64,000 bases of DNA, taken from NCBI GenBank assembly GCA_030770535.1, contig JASVEC010000016.1, positions 558,001 to 622,000 on the forward strand, read 5' to 3'. Below are positions 1-12,661 of the stretch, one piece after another. How positions within the stretch are numbered: the first letter of the stretch is position 1; each line of letters opens with the position of its first letter. Source of the stretch: Batkoa obscura (taxonomy: Eukaryota). The translations under genes and the position numbers were made by a program. The notes beneath the pieces were generated by a model that was not told the origin of the DNA, searched no databases, and saw only the letters and a program-made list of their open reading frames with translations.

Positions 1-273
1 AAGATTTTATTAGAAATACCAGTAAAATCTAAAACATGCAATTTACTTGAATTGGCTTTACGACACTAAAAATCTAAATTTTATCAAACGTTTCATTTAC
101 AATCATTTTCACTAAACCTTGAAAGATAGAAGTGAAAGTAGACTAATAAAATACATAATTAAGTTTAATATAGTAATTTTTATCTCTAGTTAGATCCCTA
201 AGTTGAGCTTTAATCTTTCAATTGTAAATATTAATTCTACATTCTATTCTTTTAAGTAATTTATTAAAAAACA

Positions 274-1407
274 ATGCCAAGCCGCTATAACATTCGACCT
301 GTTAAAAGTTCCAAAACAATATATGAAGATGTTGAAGAAGAAGAAGATGAGATACCTATCAGTCAATTAACACTTAGAAATAAAAGCAATTCTCGTTTAT
401 TAAAGAACAATCTTAAGCCTGCTTCACATCCTCAGCCTCGAAGGTTTTATCCTTCTTATTCTACTTTAGAGTTACCAAATAAACCTATGGCGAATAATTA
501 TTATCCCCCGCCTCTACAAGCAAGAATGAATCCCAGATTGAAACCAATGTATCATAATAATATGGCACATACTTATTTACCATTAGTAAGTAAAACTCAA
601 TTTTATCAACCTCCAATGAGTAGAGGTCAGCATCAGCAACTATTGAATACAAGTTCTAATATCTATCAATCTAAAAGGATGCCACCAAATAAAGAAAAGA
701 GTACATCTGCAATATCAGTTAAAAACAATCGAAGTGGCTCACGGAACAATTCTCTAAGAAGAAAAAGTATCTTAAATCGGTCCATTAGCCGAAAAAAGAA
801 TATACCTAAACCAAAAGCAATCCTCATGGTACCAAAATTAAGAGTACCCCCCACCCACAAAAACGCCCGTCCTATTGCCGATAGTGTGAGTAATATTCAT
901 GAGACTTATAGCTCTAAAATACAAAATATTAGTCCTATTTCATCGGCTAAAAGCGAATCTGGTAAAAGTACTTCCACTCAAAGCACTGAAGATACTTTAT
1001 ATTCTCGTGGTACTACTCCACGCTCAGCAATGAAAGCTTTTGAAACACCATTGTTGTTTCAATCCCATTTAGATCTATCTTTATATCAAAATGAGTCTGT
1101 TCATAGCTTTCAAAAACCAGCTAAAAAAAGAAGTACTTGCTGTACGGAATTTTTATATGTGATGATGTTTTTAGCTGGTTTAATATTATTCCCATTTTTA
1201 ATTATTGGCCTTGGTGTAACTCAATACAAATTAGCTAGATCTCGTAAGGATCTTTTACCTACTCCAATTCACTTACGTTGGAGGATTATATTTCAAGTGA
1301 CTTTGGTGATTTATTTTCTTTTAGCTATTGTGGCGTTAATTATTTTGTTAGTCAAATTTCCTAATCTTTTAAAGGGTAAATCGCAACTCTTAAACTTTAA
1401 ATTTTAG
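274..1407 (+). CDS. Hypothetical protein: long Ser/Pro/Lys-rich disordered N-terminus and two C-terminal transmembrane helices
   Basis: Intronless 377-aa ORF with higher GC than its flanks. Hydrophobic segments FLYVMMFLAGLILFPFLIIGLG and IIFQVTLVIYFLLAIVALIILLV follow a CC motif. Confidence 0.75.
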   Translation: MPSRYNIRPVKSSKTIYEDVEEEEDEIPISQLTLRNKSNSRLLKNNLKPASHPQPRRFYPSYSTLELPNKPMANNYYPPPLQARMNPRLKPMYHNNMAHTYLPLVSKTQFYQPPMSRGQHQQLLNTSSNIYQSKRMPPNKEKSTSAISVKNNRSGSRNNSLRRKSILNRSISRKKNIPKPKAILMVPKLRVPPTHKNARPIADSVSNIHETYSSKIQNISPISSAKSESGKSTSTQSTEDTLYSRGTTPRSAMKAFETPLLFQSHLDLSLYQNESVHSFQKPAKKRSTCCTEFLYVMMFLAGLILFPFLIIGLGVTQYKLARSRKDLLPTPIHLRWRIIFQVTLVIYFLLAIVALIILLVKFPNLLKGKSQLLNFKF

Positions 1408-1553
1408 TTAATTACAATACTATATTCTTTATTTTGTAAATTTTATAAAAATTAATTCAATTTTTAATATCTAATAAAAGTTTAAAACCTTATATATGCT
1501 TTATATTTGGAGTTGTTTTTTATTATCAAAAAAATAGAATAAGTCAATCTTAA

Positions 1554-1936
1554 TTAGGATGTTCTCTGCTCACCACACAAAGGACAAAACCTGTACTCTT
1601 CATTATCGAATCTGTACCGACACATTTTACAATATAGCTTTCTCCTCTGTTCCAACTGATCTTCGTTTAACCTAAGCTCATAATTACTCCAATCACAAAG
1701 ATCATTAAAACATTTATAGTAAGGTTTATTGCCTGAAGACCATGAATAAATGGGCAGAAAAAAGAAATAAAAAGTGGTATCTTCTCTTACAATATAAGCC
1801 TTCTTCGTTAAACAACTGGGACACTCATATACCCTCGGACTCACTTTTCGCAAAGCCGATTTTAGTCCTCCTGGTGATTAGTTAGCTACTTTGTTGGTTA
1901 TATTACTGAGATGAAGTTACCTATAAATAAAAACAT
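1554..1936 (-). CDS. Small zinc-ribbon protein (zinc_ribbon_15-like), 2 exons
   Basis: Exon 1 1936-1921 (MFLFIG), GT-AG intron 1920-1871 with CTAAC branch site, exon 2 1870-1554. Product MFLFIGGLKSALRKVSPRVYECPSC...FFFLPIY...C..C...CKMC...FCPLCG has several CxxC pairs. Confidence 0.75.
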
Positions 1937-2296
1937 TTGAAAATGGATTTCAACTTGACATTAAATTTATAAGTTTTACTTGTGTTTGGATAAAATTGAT
2001 TGGCTTGACAAGTTTTATCCAAACCTGTATTAAATTTTATTTGAAAACTACTTACTAATTGTCAATCACAATATTAAAATTTAGTTAAATAGTATAGCTT
2101 AATGAGATATTTTTATTGCTTTGTATTTCTATTTATATCCCTTCAGTAGCTTCAAACGTAGTAAATAACTTTACTCACTTACCTAATTAGATTGTAACCA
2201 ATAAACATGCATGATAGAGTAAGAATAAATGCAACTTTAATTACTATAGCTAAAAAAATTCAGAAAAATTCAAAACAAGCTTTTAGTTTATTATAA

Positions 2297-4790
2297 ATGA
2301 AAACACCAGATCCCAAAAAAGAGCATACTAAGAAGAAAATCCGAGGCTTCTCGCACTCTAAAAGGAATGAAAAGGACAACCAAAAATCAATTGAAGTTAT
2401 ACGACAAGCTATAAAAGATATTTACCAGCAACGTAAAAGTCAATTAAGTTTTGAAGAATGTTACAGGAACGCTTATTATTTAGTAAGAACTAATTTAAGT
2501 GAAAAATTGTTTGATAATGTTAAATCACAAGTGACTAATTGTTTAGCGGAAGTTGCAGGAGAGGAGTTAATGCCATTGATTGATTCTAACGTGATTCAAG
2601 CTTTTAAACATCAATTAAAAGACCCTAAATTTAATTTAGAATCAAGTCCAGATATTGGTAAAGAATTTTTGACAAAATTAATAAAGATATGGGGAATTCA
2701 TTTAGCTGCATTGCCACCCATTTCTGTTATTTTAAAGGTTTTGGATCAGTATTTAATTAAACTACAAACTAAAAATAATACTATTTATGAATCTTGCTTG
2801 GAATTATTTTATACCAAAATATTATCTGCTGGTGATGGTTTAGTTAAAAAGTATTTTTCTTATGCTGTATTAGAACAAATTGAATTGGAAAGAAATGGAA
2901 ATAGAGTTGATCAAAGTTTAATTAGAAATTCGTTTAATATGTTTAATATGATTAATCAACTTCATTTTAAAACAATTTTGGAAACCCCATTTCTTGATGA
3001 AACTAAAAAACATTACACTCAATTATTTGAAAATAGGCAATTTAAAGATAAATCGGCAATCTTATTAGATGTAATAGTTTTCATTTATTTATAATATTCA
3101 ATATTTAATATTTGTTTTAGATTAAAAAATATATGAAAGAAGAACATGAAAGAAATTGTGAACAGATGACAATGATACCATTTGGAAAAGTATCTAAGAT
3201 CTTACTTGATAGCGCTTTTTTACCAAAATTAGAAGAAATTTGTGAAGATCAAGAAAGCGGAATATTGTATATGTTAAATAATGATAAATACAATGAAATC
3301 AAATTACTATATAACTTTATTGACCTTTGTAAAGAAAGTCATTATTTTGATGGCTTAAAAAAAGGCATTAAAAGATTTATAAATTATCAATGTAATATGA
3401 TTCAGGATTCTATTAGTGATAGCAAAAATAAAGTTCAAGCAGCTAATAGTTTAATTACGATGTTAATACAATTAAAGAATAAATGGGATCAAATTCATTT
3501 ACAAGGATTAAAATCAGACAAACAATTTCAAGAAACATCCGCCACTTCCTTTTCTGAAGAATTTACCAAATTTAAAAGATTACCAGAATATTTGACAATT
3601 TATTTAGATGAACAATTTAACAAAAAACATCCAAGTGCAAGTGATGAATTAGATATGGAGTTAACACAAGACAATAGTTTAAAATTATTTCGATATTTAA
3701 AAAGTAAAGATATATTCGAAACTTATTATAGAGAATCATTAACGAGGAGGTTATTACATGTATCAAGGCCGATTAATAGTCCTAAATATATCGATAATAT
3801 GACTTATGAACTACAATTTTCAAATAAATTGGAATCCGAATGTGGTGCTTTCTTTACTAAGAAAATTAAATCCATGTTGAGAGACTTAGAAAAAGCAGCT
3901 ATTATTCATAATGAATTTTTAACTAATACAGATCCCATTGTTCAACCTACTTTATTAACTTCTTCTTTATGGCCAATTTCAATATTTCCAGATTGTAAAA
4001 TACCAGAAATATTAAAACCTGGAATGGAAAAATTTACTAATTTTTTAAATGGTCGAGATACCCTTAGTAAAAAAATCACTTGGTTATTTAATATGGTAAT
4101 ACCTTTGTTTTGTTTATTCAATAATATATTAATCAGTTTTAGGGATATGCTGAAATTGAATTAAAATATTTAACAAAGAAACATGAAATAATAACGAACA
4201 CAATACAAATGTTAATATTACTTATGTATAATCAAAACTTAGCCGAAAAAGAGATCAAGTTCAATTATCAAGAGATCCAAGAATATACTCAATTACCAGA
4301 AATTGAACTTAAAAAAAACTTAGTTACATTAATACATCCCAAACAAAAATTACTAATCAAAAACACAAAGGGCGAAATCCAGGATACGGATGAATTTACA
4401 TTAAATTGTAATTTTACTCATCCTCGTGTTAAATTTCGATTAGTTATGCCAAGTTTAAAATTAAAACCTGAAGTAATAAAGACAATTGAACAAGAAGAGA
4501 TATCTTCGGAAGAAATTCGAGAAAATCGAAATCACCAAATTGATGCCGCTATTATAAGAATCATGAAAATGAGAAGAAGATTAAAACATGATAAATTAAT
4601 TGAAGAAGTAATTGGTCAATTAAAAGCCATTTTTACACCAGAAATTTCGGTTATTAAAGCAAGAATTGATAATTTAATGAGTAGAGAATTTTTGGATAGG
4701 AAAAAAGATGAATTGTAAGTATCAATTTGTTTCTAAATATTATAGTTATTAATTATTAACTTTAGAGATGTCTATATATATGTTGCATAA
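2297..4790 (+). CDS. CUL3: Cullin, cullin-3-like (4 exons)
   Basis: ORFs 2297/3133/4209 are joined by GT-AG introns at ~3071-3120, ~4097-4142 and 4715-4765. Motifs: LSFEECYRNAYYLV (Cul3-type N-terminus), KDIFETYY...LTRRLL, neddylation motif IDAAIIRIMKMRR, C-terminus ...YIYVA*. Confidence 0.85.
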
Positions 4791-5179
4791 TGCTTAGGCC
4801 ATTAATATCCTTTATTCTTGATCTTTGGTTTATGGTGTTTTGAGTAAGTATAAGGTTGAGCATAAATCCATAGCTTTACTACCTATTCTTGAAGGTATTT
4901 AAAGTTGTAAATTGACATAATAAATAGCGGAAGGTAGATTTTAAACAAAATTTAAATAAATAGTGTAATTTAAAATATTTTATCTATTATATTTAATAAT
5001 ATAATTGTCTTTATTTTGGATTATTTTTAATAAATAAATAACAATTTTATTTTAAATTAACTACTTTAAAGTATAAGGTTATAAAAAAACATACAAAACA
5101 AGAACTTCATTTTCTTAGTGTGTTCATTGTAACACATTCACTATTTGTTTGAAATATCAATATAATTATTAAATGATCT

Positions 5180-5276
5180 GGGGATGTGTTTTTTTATTTA
5201 AGAATTTTACTACAATCTTTCCACTCAAATAGCGCTTAAAAAATGGAAAAATAATAAAACTAAAAAAAACAGCCCC
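5180..5276 (+). mobile_element. ~97-bp MITE family A, copy 1
   Basis: GGGGATGTG...ACAGCCCC termini, internal CTCAAATAGCGCTTAAAA, flanked by ATCT/ATCT. Confidence 0.85.
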
Positions 5277-5750
5277 ATCTATCAAATAATACATAATTAT
5301 TAGCTCATTATATCGCTTGTGTATTATTTTATTTACTTTGAGATAACTAAATATGACTGTATGTTATTAAATTAAATTAACAGATTACAATATAGCAATA
5401 ACATATTGAAATTCTCATTAATAGAGATAAAATATTATTAATATAGCATTAAATTTAAATTTAATAGCAAAATAATAAGCTATTTTAAAAAAAATCATTT
5501 TACTCTTATTTACTTCGTACTAATTATAATTATCAAATAAATTATTATTAATATAAAACAATGAACTGGATTATATTATTTAATAACACACGTTTTTTAG
5601 ATCTGTTGAATCTTAAATTTAAAAAGCTAAAATAAATATACACACTAATACTTTATGTATTTTACATAAATACATCATTACGAATATATCAACCCATTAA
5701 AAACAACTTTACCATCTAGTGATTAGAACCGATTTAAACAATATCAACAT

Positions 5751-5846
5751 GTGGATGTTTTATAGTTTTATTACTTCTTCAATTTTTTAAGCGCTATTTG
5801 AGCAGGATATATCCTAGTAGAATTCTTAAGCAAGAGATACATCCAC
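5751..5846 (-). mobile_element. MITE family A, copy 2
   Basis: GTGGATGT...ACATCCAC termini, internal TTAAGCGCTATTTGAG, flanks ACAT/ATAT. Confidence 0.8.
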
Positions 5847-5957
5847 ATATGATATTTTCAGGACCTTTAGCTAACTATCAACTTGATGGAGTTTTAAACA
5901 ATAAAATTGATATTAAAGTATATTATCTAATTTTTATCACAATGTCCAAGTAATAAG

Positions 5958-5963
5958 GCGGCT

Positions 5964-6007
<44 letters not shown>

Positions 6008-6030
6008 GCGTTCAATCCGCGGTGGGCGCA
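5958..6030 (+). tRNA. tRNA-Phe (anticodon GAA), intronless
   Basis: 73-nt cloverleaf: D arm GCTC-AGTTGGGA-GAGC, anticodon arm TCAGA-CTGAAGA-TCTGA, T arm CCGCG-TTCAATC-CGCGG. T-runs downstream could act as Pol III terminator. Confidence 0.95.
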
Positions 6031-7175
6031 TATAAACAATTTTATCGCTTTTTTAAATTAAAAATGGCCATATTTTATTGATTTTTTTATTACTGAAATA
6101 TGAAGATACTTTTTATAAAAAATAAAAAGGATAGTTTCTAATGTTACAAAATAGAAGTATTTTAATTTAATTGTTTTAAAAGTTTTAAACAAGGATGAGT
6201 GCTAAGATTTCCAAAAGTTTCAGCATGAAGCAAGTTATGTTTTATAATGGTCGAAGTTGGATTATGCACTGTTAATTGCTTATTCAAGAATAATATTACA
6301 AACGTATTTTGCTAAAGCTTAGTCCTTAGACTTTAAAAAAAATCAATTACAAATATTAGTTAAAGAATTTTTTTAAATATTACACATTTGAACATAAACA
6401 GCTATAGACTAAATAAAAAGTTATTTGTTTTTGGGCTTTTTAATACAGCTTGACTATTCTTTAAAAATACATTTAAAAGATAGGCTCGATTGATAAAATA
6501 ACTTCAACTTGGGGTTTATGAAAACTAGGCTAAAATGTTGAAGTTTTTACTACGGATCTTTAAGGAATTATATAATTGACAGAAGATTAATTTATACAAA
6601 AATAAAATTTTAACTTCATGTTATTTTAAAATATATTAAATATTAAATTGAATTTTTTAAATAAAATATGAACCTTATATAGAAAAAAATAATTTAATAA
6701 AATTCAATATTGAAAAAAAAAGTGATTTTGCTGAAAAGCCTAAAAATTTATGCTCTTTTAGTTCTAAAAATAAGTTTTACTTTTTAATTAACTAATCCAA
6801 AGCCAACGCTTATTGGTGGACTTTATAAATGAGAGATAAAAATAAATTTAACTTAAGGGAATTTTCAAATGAAATAACATTTTTTTTTAAATATTCTTGG
6901 CAGTTAAAGCATACGGTTGATAATGGAGAAAAATGGGGAGGGTTATGAAATTACAGCTAAAGTAGGAAATTAGAAAAATAGTAAGCTGAAACTTGATAGT
7001 ATTTATAGGAAGATTTGATTTAAGTATCGATGGGTGGTATCAGAGTATAGTTGGATATAATACCGTTGGGTGGTAACTATTTTTTGTATTTTCTTACAAT
7101 TTAAAATTGTACTTTATATTTCATTTTCTTTTTTATCATTAAAGTAAGAATTAATAATTTAATATTTCAATTCAT

Positions 7176-10100
7176 ATGGAATTCATTCAACATCAACAAA
7201 AAGAAAGTTATCGAGAGATGGACAGTATGAGTATGGAAGAGATAATTGATTATGTACAAGAAAGAAGTCAATATGGAGAATATAACTTTAATTTAAATTC
7301 CAATATATTATTATCATTTAATAATAATGGGCAGTATATGGATAATGATTCTAATGATTATTTCAATATTTATTATAAGAATCTCAATTTAGAAATTCAA
7401 TTACCTCCTTCAGTTTATAAAATGTTAGCTAATGCTTATTTCTGTTTAAGAAGATTAGGTGAAGATCAAAATTTATATTTTAGGTAATTTATCAACTTGT
7501 TTTCTATACTAATTATAATATACTAATAATTATTTGCTTTTTATAGTGGAACAGATAGTCCATTGTTAATTGAACATTATTTTATGAGTATTGAACAAAG
7601 TATTAATTTGATTAATAATAGTAAAAACAAAGAAATGAGTCAAAGTTTATTAAATTTTAAGCAATTTTACCAGTGCTTGGATTTCAATAAAGATGTTATT
7701 TTATTACAACAATTACAATTAAATAATAAAGGAAAGTTCAATGGAATGGTTAATTTATTATTAAATTACCAAATTAAAGAAGAAGTTTATTATTGGATTT
7801 TATTTGGGTTTGAAAAAGAATTGAACAATATTAAAGGAGATTTGAATAATTTAAATGAGCTTTCATCCTCTCATGATAATAAAGTTCATTTTCATCATTT
7901 TAAAGAAGCATTAATTAATTTGGGGTTTGAAAACGAATGGGAGAAAATTATGGAAATGATTTCAATATCTTACTATTTTAAGAATTTAAATATACAACAA
8001 GATAACGATGGAGTGCAATTAATTGAAAATTCATTATTACAACATTTAGCAATCTTATTAAATATTAATATAGAAGATTTGATTCAATTTATTATTAAAA
8101 AAGATATCAATAATACAAAACAAAATTATTCTATTTATTTAAATCAAAGCCAAATTTATTATCGATTATTGCTATTATCAAGATCAATTATAACTCAACT
8201 ATTTGACCAGTTAATATTTAAATTAAATCAAAAATGGATTTGTAAAAAAGAATATTCTAATCATTTAAATTATTTATTAATTAATAATACAAGTAATTAT
8301 AATAATAATGAAATAGAATTATTGTTTAATGAATTTAATATGTTAAAATATATTCAATATTTTCATCAAAATCATTCAATTATTGAAAATGAGTCAGATC
8401 TTTATTTTAATATAATACAAATTATTAATGAATTAAGTTTATCCAGTGAAGAATATTTAGTTAAAAATAAAAATAAGAATAAAGAGAATAAATTAATGAT
8501 TAAATTAAGTCAAAAATTAGGCAATGAATTAATAATATCCAATCATAATCAATTTATGTTAAATAATTATTTGGGAAAAAATATTGAATATGAAACTAAA
8601 GATTTTATTCAACAAAATCAACTAAATGAAGATTTATTACAATTAATTCAGCTATCAAATAACAATTTGTATATTAAAAATAAAAATTATACTAATAAAA
8701 ATATGTCTTTATTTCAAGCTAGAATTGAAAAATCAAATATAAAAAGTGAAAGATATTGTCAAGGTTTCATTAACTTATTAGAAGCGTTAAACAATAATCA
8801 AACTTGGTATCATTTTCATTTTGATTATAATTTAAATAATAATAATAATGAAATTCATAATATATTTCAAAATATTAATTTAATTCAATCTCAATCTAAC
8901 AAATTTAAAATTCAATTTCTAAATGAAGAATTTAATACTCGATATCAATCAATATTACCTAACAACGATTTATCTCAATTTAATTTACATTTAAATATGG
9001 ATTATATAATTAATGATAAATATATTAATCTAAGCTTATCAACCTTTTATTTATTAGAATCTCAATTAAAAAACAATATTAATAATAACAATTCAATTGC
9101 CAATACAGCTGATTATAATGTTAATTATACAAATAAGAGTACACCCTTTCCATTAATACAAGAAAAGGATATATCAAGACAAAATTTAATTGAAAAAGAA
9201 AATGAAAAAGTTGTTGAAAAACAAGTCAAAGTTGAAGAATTAACTTTTGCACGAAAAGCATGGTTAAGGGTTACATGGTTAATGACTTGGTGGATACCCA
9301 CTTGTTGTATACGACGACGAATGGATCGACCGGATGTCCAAATGGCATGGCGAGAAAAAGTAGCTATTTGTGTACTTATTGTATGGTCTTGGATTGTGAT
9401 ATTATTTGTGAATATAGGTTTAGGTTTAATTTTATGTCCCCCAGATAAAGTATGGTTACCAGAAGAGATTAAAACATTACAAGGTCCTGATGATTTAGGT
9501 GTTTATATGTACGGTGTTGTTTATGATATAACGAATTTTGCACAACAACGACATGGAAAATCAATCAATCCAGCTGGTGTGGATCCAGATACTATGTATC
9601 AATTTGGTGGACAAGATGTTACTTCAAGTTTTCCGGTACCTTTATATATAGCTTGTCCTGATTATGTTACAGATAGTGGCTTTAAATTATGGACAAATAC
9701 GTCCGATGATACATTGACATCTCAATATTTTGTACATGATTCTGGACCATTAACTCAATATCCAGCAACATCATTAAAAGATCCCAACTGGTTTTATAGT
9801 AAAGCATTACCACAATTAAAAAATTTAAAAAAAGGGGAAGTAGCTTTTGATTTTAAAACCCTATCAGATTATCGTAAAGCAGGTTATAAACAATGGGGTG
9901 CTATCAATAATAAGGTTTATGATTTAACACCCTATATTCAAACAATCAATGAACCTCAATTTCAAACTCAAGTTCCTGGAGCTCCAAAAGCCGATTTTTT
10001 ACCTAATACCATTGCTCAAATTTTTAATAATGATTCACCTGCAAAAGATGCCGATTTAACTACATTATTTAATACTAAATCAGGTTTAAGTGATAGTGAA

Positions 10101-12227
10101 AAAAAGAAAGTAATGAGTTGTTTAGATCGTGCATTTTATGTTGGAAAATTAGATCCAAGATCTTCAGTTCGTTGTCAATTAACTAATATTTTATTATTAG
10201 TCAGTTCTGGTATTATTCTCTTAGTTACATTAGTTAAATTTTTAGCTGCATTACAATTATCCAGTAAAAGAGAACCAATGGATTATGATAAATTTGTTAT
10301 ATGTCAAGTACCTTGTTATACAGAAGGAGAGGATTCAATTCGTAGAACATTAGAATCATTAGCGTTACTAAATTATGATGATAAACATAAATTAATTTTT
10401 GTAATTGCAGATGGTATGATTATTGGTTCTGGTAATGATAAACCCACACCAAAGATAGTAGTAGATGTATTAGGCGTCGATCCTTCATTAGACCCTGAAC
10501 CTTTTTGTTATAAAGCTATTGGAGATGGTAGTAAACAATTAAATTATGCTAAAGTATATTCTGGTTTATATATGGTAGAAGGACGCTCTGTACCATATAT
10601 TGTTGTTGCTAAAGTAGGTAAACCAAGTGAACGTAATCGACCTGGTAATAGAGGAAAAAGGGACAGTCAAATTTTATTAATGAATTTTTTAAATCGAGTT
10701 CATTTTGATGCACCAATGACACCCTTGGATTTAGAAATTTATCACCAATTAAAAAACGTTATTGGAGTAGATCCTTCTCTTTATGAATATGTGTTAATGG
10801 TGGATGCCGATACTGAGGTTATGCAAGATTCATTAACACGATTAATTGCAGTCATGACAAGAGATGCAAAAGTGATTGGATTATGTGGAGAAACTTGTTT
10901 ATCAAATGAAAATCAATCAATTACAACTATGATGCAAGTTTATGAATACTATATATCTCATAATTTAGCTAAAGCATTTGAATCTTTATTTGGTGCTGTA
11001 ACTTGTTTACCAGGATGTTTTTGTATGTATCGTATTAAAACAGGACGTAATCAACCATTGATTATTAGTAATCAAGTAATTAAAGATTATTCAGAAAATA
11101 TAGTCGATACTTTACATAAGAAAAATTTGTTACATTTAGGTGAAGATCGATATTTAACTACATTAATGTTGAAACATTTTCCAACTTATAAAATGAAATA
11201 TACACCAGATGCTCAATGTAAAACAGTAGCACCAGAAAGATTTGAAGTTTTATTAAGTCAAAGAAGAAGATGGATTAATTCAACTATTCATAATTTATTT
11301 GAATTAGTATTTTTAAATGAGATGTGTGGTTTTTGTTGTTTTTCAATGCGATTTGTAGTGTTTTTAGATTTGGTGGGTACTTTAATTTTACCAGCAACAG
11401 TTATTTACTTGATTTATATAATTGTTGCAGCAGCTACTGGATTTCAATATATATCAACTTATTCTATAATTATAATGTGTTCAGCTTATATTTTACAAGC
11501 ATTAATCTTTATAATTAAACAACAATGGCAACATATTGGGTGGATGGTATTTTATTTATTAGGCATGGGCTTATTTAATTTCTATATACCTATTTATTCC
11601 TTTTGGCATTTTGATGATTTTTCATGGGGTAATACAAGGGTCGTTTTAGGAGATGATGGTAAAAAACAAATCATTAATGAAGAAGAGGAAACATTTGACC
11701 CTAATTCAATACCTTATATTAAATGGAGTGAACATGAACAATTAATTTGGGAAAATCAAACTGTTTATTCTAATCAACTTCCAATTCCTCAACATTTCCC
11801 TCATGATCAATTTATAAGAGATTCTACTATCTCTTTGAGTCAGCCTCCCCCATTAAATCAAAATATTCATTATCCACAAAATGATATGTTTACTAGAGAT
11901 TCAACTATCTCTTTTCAACATCAAATGCAAGCTAGAGAATCTCAATTGTATCATCATGAACAACAATTACCTTATTCACCTTATCCGATGTCAACATTAG
12001 GTTATAATAGTAACACCATCAATACTAATAATGAAGCCAATGTTGAAGATTATTTATATAATGAATTAGTAGTTATATTAGATTCAGTGGATCTTATGAA
12101 AGTTAGTAAAAAACAAATAAGAGAAATATTACAAAATAAAAATCCACAGTTGGATTTAACAAACATGAAAGAATTTATTTCAAATGCTATTGATGCTATT
12201 ATTGAAGATAGAAGAGTTGGAGGATAA
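7176..12227 (+). CDS. Chitin synthase with degenerate N-terminal myosin-motor-like domain (class V/VII type), cytochrome-b5-like domains and C-terminal DEK_C-like domain
   Basis: Exon 1 7176-7483, intron 7484-7546, exon 2 7547-12227. CHS core motifs: QVPCYTEG, GNRGKRDSQ, VDADT, LHLGEDRYLT, QRRRW. Also AWREK, VYDIT/VYDLT (b5-like) and DLMKVSKKQIR (DEK_C-like). Myosin remnant LPPSVYKMLANAYFCLRRLGEDQ. Confidence 0.92.
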
Positions 12228-12661
12228 TTTTTAGGATTTTATTTTGTTATTAAATCAGTTTATTTTTTAAATGAATGTTTTTTATTTTTGTTCATTTTAT
12301 TTTATTTTATTTTTTTAAGTTCATTTTTTTCTGTTCTTATATTTTAGTAAACTATATTTTTTTCGGAATATGTACAAAGTTAAAAATCAGTAATTTTAAA
12401 TATAATTAAAATATCATTAAGAACTGACAAAAGTAATAGTAATTAGAGTAGGCAATTACTTATTGACATTGGAAGTAAAAACATATCAAAATCCTCAAAA
12501 AAAAGGGGGATTAAATTTATAAGGGTTATTTGAATAAATAATTCTAAATGAATAAAATGGACCAATCAAAACTGAGTATCTATTTTTTGAAAACCTGATA
12601 AAAGAAAAGGAACAAAAAAGAATTTAGTCATTAATATTTTTATAAAATTAAACTTATTTAA

